Shown: one piece after another, positions 31,786 through 40,090 of the stretch | How positions within the stretch are numbered: the stretch's first letter is position 1 | How the letters are laid out: every line of letters begins with the position of its first letter | Source: Limisphaerales bacterium | Lineage (GTDB): Bacteria > Verrucomicrobiota > Verrucomicrobiia > Limisphaerales > SIBE01 | Length of the DNA: 42,175 nucleotides | NCBI GenBank assembly: GCA_044225505.1 | Contig: JBGAIN010000059.1 | Coordinates: forward strand, 1-42,175 | Direction of reading: 5' to 3' | Notes under the pieces: model-generated | Databases searched by the model: none | What the model saw: only the letters and a program-made list of their open reading frames with translations | What the model was told of the DNA's origin: nothing | Translations under genes and position numbers: made by a program

Positions 31786-34700
31786 ATGAGGGGAATGTTA
31801 CGAGGGAATCTCAAGCTGCGAGGATTGCTACTAGCCTTCTCGTTAATGTCCGTGAACGCTGGCTGCGCCGCCACGGTGATCACCTCAGTGCCGCAGATTA
31901 GTGCTCCGACCTACTCCACGGTCCGGATCACTTGGACCACTAACGAGAACAGCACCACCGTAATTCGATGGGGTACCGAAACTGGCCCTCCATATCAATA
32001 CACCACCAAGTCCAGCGGCACTGCCGGCAATGTCCGTGCGCATGCCTGGTTTTTGAGTGGCCTGAAACCGGTGACCACCTATCACTTCGCCGCTTGCTCG
32101 GCTGGTCCTGACGGCGAAGAAGTCTGCAGTGCGGATCAGAGCTTCACAACCACCGAAAAGGGAGACACCAACCCGATCCCACCTGCCGAAGTGGACGTTG
32201 CGATGCCGCCTGTAAGCGAAACCATACTCACGGTCGGCACCAATTGCGATGACCCGACTAGCGGTTTAGTTGCTCGTTGGAATCAGGCGAACTGGGGTGA
32301 TACCGTTGTCATTCCGGTCACCACGGTCTGCAACGGAAACTACACCTTTCCAGCCAAGCCTGCCGACACCCAGGTGCCGCATCGCTGGATCGTAACACGC
32401 TCCTCTACGGCTAGCCAGCTGCCCCCGCCGGGAACTCGTTTGGACCCGAGCTTTGACAAATCGAAACTAGCGCGCGTCCAGACAAATCGGCCCAATATCT
32501 TAGTTGCCAATACCGCTTTTCTTGCCGAAAACTGTGAAGCCGGCGCATACGCTTGGGTCCTGAACGATCCGCGGGCCTTCAAACTACAGCAATGTCGTCC
32601 TTCGGCCTCGGCTCTGACGATCCAATCCGGCTCTGGCGCCGGCGCTCCGCTGCGTATCGTAGTGCCCAATCATGGCATCACAGGCAGCCCATATGTGCAC
32701 CTTGAAGGAGTGACAGGAAACACCAAGGCCAACGGCACGTTCCAGGCCGTTGTCGTGGATTCGGAAACCCTCCAGTTGAATTACATGGGCTTCAATCAAT
32801 GGACGGGCAATGGTCCGTTTCAGGGCGGCACGCTGCGCGTCAATTCGTGGCAGACGGTCAACTACACAACGGCTGCTCTTTTGCCGGAGACCTGTACCGT
32901 GGGAGACTGGTTTCTCTTGCAAGGCGGACAAGCGATGGACCGCAGCTATCGCTGCTTGGAGCCCAACGCCTGGACCAGGATTTCTATGCGGGGATCATCA
33001 GACTTTGTCGATGGTGCCGCCGTCGATCTGTCAGCTAACGCGGCACATCACTTGCGCTTTATCGGTCTCGAAGTGACGTCGGTCCGCCTGCCGCCGGAAC
33101 CGTTGTGGCTACAACTGAGTGTCGATCCGCTCCGCCGTCAGCAGGGCAGCTTATTCAATAGTTTGGTTAGCCAGAGTGAACGCAACCAGTACATCGTGTG
33201 GGACCGTTGCTGGATCCATGGACAGTCCGATCGCAGCCGCCAATGGCTTGGTTTCGTCCTGGACGGAGCGAATGTCGCCGTTGTCGATTCTGTCATTAGT
33301 GATTTGTTCGTTTGGTCAGGGACAGAACCCGGTTCATTGGCCAGTGAGGCCGAGTCGACCGCGTTCTTTATCGCAAAAGGTCCAGGACCGATTCGGATCG
33401 AGAACAATTACGTGGAAGCGGGAGGCATTTCTTTTTACGTGCCCTCCGATCGCTGTTGTAGCGCGCTCAGCGAACCAAACGATGGTATCGTCCGGCGCAA
33501 TACCTTTCATGTTGGCGACGAATGGCGCTTTGGCTCCACTAAGTTCGCCGGAAAGAAAATTGTCGTTCGTCACTTGCTGGAGCTCAAACAAGGCCGTCGC
33601 TGGCTCATTGAGGGCAATGTCTTTGACGGAACGTTCAGTACGGTCAATCAGGCGGCGGCGATCGCCCTTACTCCCCGCGCGGATCGCGGCTACTTCCTGG
33701 TGAATTCGATTACCGAGGGTATTGCGAGCATGAACCCTCTTTTCGGCTACTGCCCCACCGACGTGCAAATTGGCGACTGGGTAACAGTGCTCGGTTCAAA
33801 TAACCCGGAGCATGAAACCGGCTGGCGAGTGCTGAATGTCGAAAATGACGCCTGTACACTTACCCTCGAAGGACCCGGAGGCAATAGCACGGGCGGTAAC
33901 TTGCAGATCATGACTAACCGCCGTTCGGTGACTGACATCAATGTGCGAAGTAATGTCTTCAAGAATGTCGCCAGCGGTATCGTCATCATCGGGCACACCG
34001 ATGGTGCCAACCAGCCTTCAGTGCAGCTGGAGACGGCACGGCGCATCAGCATTAGTAATAATCTTTTCCAGTCCATTGATGGCAGCCGGAGCAACTCGTC
34101 CGACACGTCGTTCTACCCGAATGGCGGGGTGGGCGGCTACTCACTCTATGCGTCACTCGGGATGGAGGATCTGCACTTCACCAATAACACTGTGGTCATG
34201 AGTTCGCCCGGTCCCGGCTTTGCAGTGGAGCATGACAATTCGTGCGCTCGGGGCTGCAACCCGCACGCGGGATTGATCTACGAAAACAATATCGTTCACT
34301 ACGGCGCCAGTCCGGGACTCGGAGCGATTTCCTCAAGTGGAACCGCCTTCGGTACGGCAGCGCTCGACGCCCTCTTCCGCTCCGGCGTCGATCCCGATTG
34401 GACCTATCGCAAGAACGTAATTGTCTCGCGAGGTGCCCTGCCCACGCAGCCCCCTTTAGGTCCTTATCCAGTCGGTAATAAGACACACGACCTGAACCAG
34501 AACGGCGACTTCCCGTTTGTCAACGCAAGTGCCGGCAACTATCGGCTCCGTTCTCTTTATCGCTCCATCGACAGTTGTTATGGCCGCTCGGGCGATTGCT
34601 CTACCAACGGCTCTGACGTGGGGGTAAACTTTGACCAATTGGAACTGAGCCTGGGTTCCGGCCGTGGCACGGCCCAGACGGGCAGCCGCCAGATTCGACT

Positions 34701-35157
34701 CTATGCTAGCGTTTACGACGCTGGCTTTTGTGAAGCGGAAGCCAGCTCGAACGGCTTTGCCAATATCGTCCCCGGCTCACAGCTGGGGTCGGGACGCGCG
34801 CGGTCGTTTTTATTCGACAACCTGACGCCCGGCACGACTTATGAGTATCGGGCCCGCTGCTTGCATGGCCCGATTATTGGCGGCCAAGCCACGACTCGCC
34901 CGGTGGGTGTCGACCGCCGGTTCCAGCTGAAGTTGAAACCCCCTTCGTGGATGACGGAAACGTCGGGCATCAATGCCGTTATCCTGACCGGACTCACCCC
35001 GACGACGCTCACCACCAATGCGACTCTGCCCTGTACAACGGGTTGTACTCTGGAACAGCCCGCTGTTGACGGACAGCCGGTCTACTATCGAGTGGACTAT
35101 GTGCGAACCGACAACGTAAAGCTCGCGACCGGCTCCGTCCGGGTGTGGGCTCCCTAA
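31786..35157 (+). CDS. Large secreted protein with FN3 domains and a right-handed parallel beta-helix (pectin-lyase-like fold)
   Basis: RBS GGAGG and signal peptide. FN3 motifs LSGLKPVTTYHF and FDNLTPGTTYEYRA. Beta-helix rungs IRIENNY, IVRRNTF, LIEGNVF, VRSNVF, ISNNLF, FTNNTV, YENNIV. Confidence 0.75.
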   Translation: MRGMLRGNLKLRGLLLAFSLMSVNAGCAATVITSVPQISAPTYSTVRITWTTNENSTTVIRWGTETGPPYQYTTKSSGTAGNVRAHAWFLSGLKPVTTYHFAACSAGPDGEEVCSADQSFTTTEKGDTNPIPPAEVDVAMPPVSETILTVGTNCDDPTSGLVARWNQANWGDTVVIPVTTVCNGNYTFPAKPADTQVPHRWIVTRSSTASQLPPPGTRLDPSFDKSKLARVQTNRPNILVANTAFLAENCEAGAYAWVLNDPRAFKLQQCRPSASALTIQSGSGAGAPLRIVVPNHGITGSPYVHLEGVTGNTKANGTFQAVVVDSETLQLNYMGFNQWTGNGPFQGGTLRVNSWQTVNYTTAALLPETCTVGDWFLLQGGQAMDRSYRCLEPNAWTRISMRGSSDFVDGAAVDLSANAAHHLRFIGLEVTSVRLPPEPLWLQLSVDPLRRQQGSLFNSLVSQSERNQYIVWDRCWIHGQSDRSRQWLGFVLDGANVAVVDSVISDLFVWSGTEPGSLASEAESTAFFIAKGPGPIRIENNYVEAGGISFYVPSDRCCSALSEPNDGIVRRNTFHVGDEWRFGSTKFAGKKIVVRHLLELKQGRRWLIEGNVFDGTFSTVNQAAAIALTPRADRGYFLVNSITEGIASMNPLFGYCPTDVQIGDWVTVLGSNNPEHETGWRVLNVENDACTLTLEGPGGNSTGGNLQIMTNRRSVTDINVRSNVFKNVASGIVIIGHTDGANQPSVQLETARRISISNNLFQSIDGSRSNSSDTSFYPNGGVGGYSLYASLGMEDLHFTNNTVVMSSPGPGFAVEHDNSCARGCNPHAGLIYENNIVHYGASPGLGAISSSGTAFGTAALDALFRSGVDPDWTYRKNVIVSRGALPTQPPLGPYPVGNKTHDLNQNGDFPFVNASAGNYRLRSLYRSIDSCYGRSGDCSTNGSDVGVNFDQLELSLGSGRGTAQTGSRQIRLYASVYDAGFCEAEASSNGFANIVPGSQLGSGRARSFLFDNLTPGTTYEYRARCLHGPIIGGQATTRPVGVDRRFQLKLKPPSWMTETSGINAVILTGLTPTTLTTNATLPCTTGCTLEQPAVDGQPVYYRVDYVRTDNVKLATGSVRVWAP

Positions 35158-36908
35158 GTGAAGGCGATGACCGTCTCGAGCCGCAGCGGTAGTGTGCAAC
35201 GCTTACGCAAGACCACCACTGCTGCCGGCTCGCGCGTTCCGTAGGCCTTCGAGCGCCAGCCCTCTTCAATCTCTGCTTCTCCCTCCACGGTCAGTGTGGC
35301 GCGGGTTCCCAACTGCACCACATCTGCCCCAACCCGGGTTACGGGCACCCCCGCATGCCAAAACTGCTCGACCTCGTGGTCGCCGGACGGTCCGTCTACT
35401 TCGTCGACCACCCGCAGCGTCTGAGCGCCCCATTGAATCCACCGGCGATGCGTGAAGCCTCGGTAGCGGCACTCGCCGCCCTCTTCACCGAGCGGTCCCA
35501 CCACCGGCCGGCCAACCCAGCCGAATGAGCCGGCGGGTTCTGCCTGATCGAATCCATCCAGCCGCACCGTATTGTGCGCCGCACTCCCCCGAAAACGGTT
35601 CCGTTGTTCCCCAACGTATTCATAGGTCCCCGGATCAATCAGCAGTTCGTCGCTGCCTACGCGCAGGTAGATACTCAGACTATCCGAATGGCTATGTCCC
35701 GCTTGATAGGGGCCAAAGCCTCCGACGTCGAAGGCCAGAAATCGCTCCCCCTCTTCGAACACCATTGCGCCATTGTGTGGAAAGAGTCTCTTTGCCGGCA
35801 CGTCCCTCGGCTTTGGCTCCAGTGTCGGCTCTCCCAGCCAGGCCGCAACCAGGGTCAGATCCTCTCCAATCCAGTCCGGCCGGCTGCAGAGCGCACCGCA
35901 CAAAGTTCGCGTCGCCCGGCCATATTGGGTATGCACACCATAGGGATGGAACAATCGTCCGCCATCATCATCCCCCAGCAGCGGGATCGATCCGGCCGAC
36001 CCGAGCATGGCATCGAGGTAGTTGCCCATCTTCTGCAGGACAGGTAGGTACGCCGCCGGGCGCCCCGCCAACACGTAGTGCAATAGAAAGAAGTCCATCG
36101 CGTACACGTGATAATAGGTGGATTGCTCGAAATGCGCACCATCCGGTAGCACTTGGCGCGACAATTCGGTTGTCACCACCCGGTGCCCCAGTTCACGCCA
36201 TCGCTCAGCGCGGGGAAAACATGGGAAGAGAACGCCCAGCGCATGCAGCGCCACGGCTTCCCCCAGCAAATGAGTGTTCGGCGAAAAGTAATAGGAAAGG
36301 TTATATTCCAGATGCCAGCCGTGCCGCGCCAGCTCCTGGAGAAACTCCGCCGGCATGCGGTCCCCTACCAGATGATAGGTCCAGACCCAGGAAAGTGAAC
36401 GAAAAGCCACCTCCAGCGCGCTGCACCAGTTGATGCCGTGCTGGAATGGATTCTCCTGAATCCAGCTTTCCCATTGGCTGACGAGCTCGGAGAGGTACAA
36501 GCTCTGCCCGGTGCGCCGATACGCTTGTGCCAGCACCACCCAATGCTGATGACGATTCAGTTCCCAAATGACCTTGTGGTCACCGACTTGCGTAACGTCC
36601 AGGTACGGGATTCGACGAAAGTAGATCGGCCCGGTTTCTATGCCCCGCTGATAGTCCCGGCGCCAACGAATCTGAGGCCCGGTCTCAAGTTGAATCCCGA
36701 GTAGCGGAAAACGATGCGCCACAATCTGATCCGCCAACCGCTCGATGTCGGGCGCGATCGCCGCCTGCGGATCCGGAAGCAGTGGAAGGGGTGCGGGAGC
36801 CGTAAAGGTCCGCGACGGCGGCCTTTTCGCCAGCCAGAGATTCATCGCCTCTTGCCGGAGGCGAAAGGCGATTTCTCCCGGCGAGCGAGCAAACTTCTTC
36901 AGACTCAC
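35154..36908 (-). CDS. Heparinase II/III family (polysaccharide lyase-like) protein
   Basis: GTG 36908 overlaps the upstream TGA. Motifs KVIWELNRHQ, NTHLLGEA, DGAHFEQSTYYH, GHSHSD, LIDPGTYEY, FRGSAAHNTV. Confidence 0.88.
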   Translation of the reverse strand: MSLKKFARSPGEIAFRLRQEAMNLWLAKRPPSRTFTAPAPLPLLPDPQAAIAPDIERLADQIVAHRFPLLGIQLETGPQIRWRRDYQRGIETGPIYFRRIPYLDVTQVGDHKVIWELNRHQHWVVLAQAYRRTGQSLYLSELVSQWESWIQENPFQHGINWCSALEVAFRSLSWVWTYHLVGDRMPAEFLQELARHGWHLEYNLSYYFSPNTHLLGEAVALHALGVLFPCFPRAERWRELGHRVVTTELSRQVLPDGAHFEQSTYYHVYAMDFFLLHYVLAGRPAAYLPVLQKMGNYLDAMLGSAGSIPLLGDDDGGRLFHPYGVHTQYGRATRTLCGALCSRPDWIGEDLTLVAAWLGEPTLEPKPRDVPAKRLFPHNGAMVFEEGERFLAFDVGGFGPYQAGHSHSDSLSIYLRVGSDELLIDPGTYEYVGEQRNRFRGSAAHNTVRLDGFDQAEPAGSFGWVGRPVVGPLGEEGGECRYRGFTHRRWIQWGAQTLRVVDEVDGPSGDHEVEQFWHAGVPVTRVGADVVQLGTRATLTVEGEAEIEEGWRSKAYGTREPAAVVVLRKRCTLPLRLETVIAFT

Positions 36909-38191
36909 AACCGGAAGGAGCCCGTACCGCCTAGATCGACCACCGGCTTGTCGCATTGCTGCAGCTTGTTCAGTACCGCCGCTTCCGGCTTGGTTGTCAC
37001 CACCACCACGTCTGCCCAAGCGATTAGGGCATCCACATCGTCGGTGAGCAGTTTGCCAATGTGCGGGATCGCCTGCAAGATGTAGTTCTTGTTGCTTCCA
37101 TAGATGTCCTGCAGCCGGATATGCGGATCATGAACGCGCACTTCCCTGCCCTTACCGGAGAGCTGTTCGATCAAGGGAATGCTTGGACTTTCCCGCAGGT
37201 CGTCGGTATTAGCCTTGAAGGCGAGACCCAATACCGCCACTTTGGGAGACTGAAGGTCGAGGACGGTTTGGATCCCGCGCGCCAAGTGCTCGGTGTTACT
37301 CGCCAAAATGTTCTCCAGCATCGGCAGCTTGACATCCAGCCGACCCGCACGGAAAACGATCGCCCGCAAATCTTTAGGCAAACATGAACCGCCAAAGGCG
37401 AACCCCGGTCTTAAATAAGCCGCGGACGCATTCAGCTTGCGATCTTCACACAACGTCTGCATCACTTCGGCGCCGTCAATACCCATGCGTTCAGCCAACG
37501 CGCCGATCTCGTTCGCAAACGAAATCTTCACCGCATGAAACGCGTTGCAGGCGTATTTGATCATCTCCGCGGTCTTCAGAGAAACCAGACAGGGCTTTAC
37601 TGGCAACTCAGCGTACAGACCCGCCACCAAAGCGACAGCCTCCGCATCCTCCCCACCCACTACCAGGAGTGAAGGCTCCCGGAAATCTTTCACCGCCACC
37701 CCTTCACGCAGAAACTCCGGGTTCGAAACGATCTTGATCGGTGCGTTTGCGCCCACCATCGAAAGGAAAATCTGCTCGAGCTCGTCACCGGTGCCCGGGA
37801 AAACCGTACTGCGCGTCGCAACAATCAGCGGCTGGCGGCTCTCACGTTGCCAAATGGCGATTTCTTCGGCAACTCGCCGGAGATAGCTCAGATCTAAATC
37901 ACCGTTTTTCTCTGACGGTGTCCCCACACACAAGAGGGCGACCGACGCGCCTTCCAACGCCTCAGCCGCATTGGTCGTCGCCTTGAGTCTTCCGGCAGCA
38001 ACCCCCTCCTCAACCAGCAGGGGCAAGCCAGGCTCGTAAAAAGGCGCCCGGCCCGCATTGACCTCGTTAACTTTGAAGGCGTCCTTATCGACCCCACGGA
38101 CTTGGTGACCCAATCCGGCTAAGCAGGCTGAGGTGACGCATCCCACGTACCCCAAGCCGAAGACGGCAACCGTCTGCTTTTCAGCGAGCAT
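36905..38191 (-). CDS. algD: Nucleotide-sugar 6-dehydrogenase, GDP-mannose dehydrogenase (AlgD)-like
   Basis: FGLGYVG, CVGTPS, NPEFLREG, AEMIKYACNAFHAVKISFANEIG, YLRPGFAFGGSCLPKD, GLAFKANTDDLRESP. Substrate is inferred. Confidence 0.8.
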   Translation of the reverse strand: MLAEKQTVAVFGLGYVGCVTSACLAGLGHQVRGVDKDAFKVNEVNAGRAPFYEPGLPLLVEEGVAAGRLKATTNAAEALEGASVALLCVGTPSEKNGDLDLSYLRRVAEEIAIWQRESRQPLIVATRSTVFPGTGDELEQIFLSMVGANAPIKIVSNPEFLREGVAVKDFREPSLLVVGGEDAEAVALVAGLYAELPVKPCLVSLKTAEMIKYACNAFHAVKISFANEIGALAERMGIDGAEVMQTLCEDRKLNASAAYLRPGFAFGGSCLPKDLRAIVFRAGRLDVKLPMLENILASNTEHLARGIQTVLDLQSPKVAVLGLAFKANTDDLRESPSIPLIEQLSGKGREVRVHDPHIRLQDIYGSNKNYILQAIPHIGKLLTDDVDALIAWADVVVVTTKPEAAVLNKLQQCDKPVVDLGGTGSFRL

Positions 38192-38251
38192 GAATGACTA
38201 AATTCCTTAGGCGCAATCACTTGCGCCCACTCGATGGTACCACAGGGACCG

Positions 38252-39208
38252 CTAGATCACGATCCGCTCAACTTCGTCGAGGGAGATTTCCTCATCGCGC
38301 CGGTCGTACAGACCCGTCGTTCGCGAGGACTCGTGCCCCGCCATCTGCTGTGCCACTTCCACCCGCCCTCCGTTCTTCAGGTAGGCCGTAATCCCTGTCG
38401 CCCGGAAGCTGTGGTTACAAAGATGGCTCGCGAGTCCGGCGGCGGCGGCCCGTCGCTTCACCATGCGTAATACATCAGTACGATGCAGCGGGAACGTCGT
38501 TACGCCCCCACGGCGGTCACTGGTACGGAAGAGCGGGAGCTTCCCTGCTCCTCGCAAGCCAGCTGCCGCCAAGTATGCGTCGAGATATTCCTCGGCCTTA
38601 TGGTGCGCGTACACCTCGTTGTATTTGCCTCCCTTCTCGAGAAACCGTAGCTTCCAGCGCTTGCCCGCAGGGAAATAGTCGTCTACGCGGAGCCCCACCA
38701 CTGCGGACACACGGGCGAAAGTGTAGATCATTACGCCGATCAAGGCGCGATCGCGTAAACCAATCAGCGTATCCGCCTCAATTGAATCCAAGAGCTGCCG
38801 CGCCTCTTCAGCCGACAGCACAGGAGTCTTGCCGCGGCGAATGACATACTTAGGCCCACGCACCGAACTCGCCGGATTCACCTTCAGCACACCCCCGGTG
38901 ACAAGGTAGTCGAACAGAGTTCGAATTGCGGCCAGGTGCTGCTTAATTGTCGGCTTCGAGAGGCCGCGCTCGGCGGCGAGAGATTCGATGTAGCTGGCGA
39001 TAGCGACCGGATGCAGCCGTTCTAGACTGAAGCCGCGGGCGTCGCACCAGGTGAAAAACGACACCAGGGCACGTGCGTAAGCAGCTCTTGTGTTGGGATT
39101 TCGAATGTTAGCGGCGAAAAACTCCAGGAACCGATAAGAGGCTCGATTCCCTGCCCGGCGGATCAGAGGCGGAAGCTGGGTTGTTGGAGAGATGATCAGA
39201 TCATCCAC
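38252..39208 (-). CDS. Tyrosine recombinase (XerC/D / integrase family); start GTG 39208 preferred, longest ORF begins at ATG 39220
   Basis: SAM-like N-domain (NTRAAY, TIKQHLAAIR); catalytic residues in ARV, EKGGK, HSFR, AGH and TTGLY. Confidence 0.93.
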   Translation of the reverse strand: MDDLIISPTTQLPPLIRRAGNRASYRFLEFFAANIRNPNTRAAYARALVSFFTWCDARGFSLERLHPVAIASYIESLAAERGLSKPTIKQHLAAIRTLFDYLVTGGVLKVNPASSVRGPKYVIRRGKTPVLSAEEARQLLDSIEADTLIGLRDRALIGVMIYTFARVSAVVGLRVDDYFPAGKRWKLRFLEKGGKYNEVYAHHKAEEYLDAYLAAAGLRGAGKLPLFRTSDRRGGVTTFPLHRTDVLRMVKRRAAAAGLASHLCNHSFRATGITAYLKNGGRVEVAQQMAGHESSRTTGLYDRRDEEISLDEVERIVI

Positions 39209-39211
39209 AGA

Positions 39212-39239
39212 ACGTATCATAAAGGACGTTATGATACAG
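39212..39239. other. dif-like tyrosine recombinase core site ACGTATCATAA-AGGACG-TTATGATACAG
   Basis: Perfect 9-bp inverted arms (GTATCATAA/TTATGATAC) around a 6-bp spacer. Shares CATAA-N6-TTATG with E. coli dif and abuts the recombinase gene. Confidence 0.75.
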
Positions 39240-39245
39240 TGTCAA
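39216..39245 (-). promoter_or_regulatory. sigma70-type promoter of the recombinase, TTGACA-N18-TATGAT
   Basis: -35 at 39245-39240 and -10 at 39221-39216, followed 7 nt later by GTG 39208 (leaderless geometry). Confidence 0.65.
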
Positions 39246-39250
39246 TGCAG

Positions 39251-39280
39251 TTGATGCGCGATCGCGCAATAACGTATGGT
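39251..39280 (+). promoter_or_regulatory. Putative promoter TTGATG-N18-TATGGT containing the 14-bp palindrome TGCGCGATCGCGCA (39255-39268)
   Basis: Read directly from the sequence; sits back-to-back with the recombinase promoter. Confidence 0.5.
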
Positions 39281-39299
39281 AGGAAGAGAGACTTCCCGA

Positions 39300-39824
39300 T
39301 TGCCTCGCCCCATCGATTGGTTTCATCGACTTCCCCACATTCTCGACACCCTCGACGCCCCCGGTCACCCCGCGCTCCTCACTAGGCAAGCCATTCAGAC
39401 CCTCTTCGGGGTCGAACGCCGAACCGCCCATTCCCTTCTCCGCCGCTTCGGCGCCGAGCGTCTCGGCAACGCTCTCGTCGTCGACCGCGATCGCCTCGCC
39501 CAGGCCCTGCGCCAGCTCGCCTCGCAAGACGACGTCACCCGTGAACACCGTCGCCATGAACGAGTGCGGGAAACCCTGGCCGAGCGTCGTTCCACCCTGC
39601 GCCTCGCCCGCATCGCCCTCCCCGACGCACCGGCCGTTGAAGCCCTGGCCGATCTGCCACCCTCCATCGAACTCGTCCCGGGTCAACTTCGCATCCGGTT
39701 CGCCGGCGCCGTCGACCTCCTGTCTCAACTGCTCACCCTCTCCCGCGCCATTGGCGAAGACTTCGAACGCTTTGAGGCGCTGTTAAATCAGGACCCCCTC
39801 GCAAGTAACAAGACCCCAAAATAG
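39300..39824 (+). CDS. Hypothetical protein with an HTH-like N-terminus, divergent from the recombinase (start TTG 39300 or ATG 39276)
   Basis: LTRQAIQTLFGVERRTAHSLLRRFG resembles an HTH, followed by an Arg-rich helix; strong coding bias. Confidence 0.65.
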   Translation: MPRPIDWFHRLPHILDTLDAPGHPALLTRQAIQTLFGVERRTAHSLLRRFGAERLGNALVVDRDRLAQALRQLASQDDVTREHRRHERVRETLAERRSTLRLARIALPDAPAVEALADLPPSIELVPGQLRIRFAGAVDLLSQLLTLSRAIGEDFERFEALLNQDPLASNKTPK

Positions 39825-39867
39825 AGCGTCATTCTACAGAATCCTACTATGAGTAGGGTTCCGTTTC

Positions 39868-39896
39868 TTGACACCAACCCTACCCAACTTTAGAAT
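39868..39896 (+). promoter_or_regulatory. sigma70 promoter TTGACA-N17-TAGAAT for the HTH-parA operon
   Basis: Near-consensus hexamers with 17-bp spacing; ATG lies 8 nt after the -10 with no RBS. Confidence 0.75.
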
Positions 39897-39904
39897 CGAG
39901 CAAG

Positions 39905-40090
39905 ATGGTCCGCCAATACCTCACCACTCGTCAGGTGGCTCAGGAGCTCGGCGTGTCGCTCAATACGGTCTACCGTTGGCTCAAAGCCGAGCGCCTCCCC
40001 GAGCCTCTCCGTGATCCTGACAATAACTACCGGCTCTGGACAGTCGAAGACATCGCCCGCATCAAGCTCACCGCCACGGAGCCCGCATGA
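39905..40090 (+). CDS. Small MerR/excisionase-like helix-turn-helix DNA-binding protein
   Basis: YLTTRQVAQELGVSLNTVYRW...PEPLRDPDNNYRLWT. Confidence 0.88.
   Translation: MVRQYLTTRQVAQELGVSLNTVYRWLKAERLPEPLRDPDNNYRLWTVEDIARIKLTATEPA

Noticed and set aside
26466..38191. Bona fide alginate operon
   Set aside because: No Alg8/Alg44/AlgK/AlgE/AlgG are recognisable; Wzx, Wzy and a priming transferase indicate a repeat-unit pathway.
38210..38227. Hairpin GGCGCAA-TCAC-TTGCGCC between the recombinase and the algD-like gene as a terminator
   Set aside because: The stem is only 7 bp with no U-tract. It could be an operator or 5' UTR structure, but nothing supports that.
38252..40090. Prophage (integrase plus excisionase)
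   Set aside because: No structural, lysis or packaging genes, and no tRNA or flanking att direct repeats were seen.
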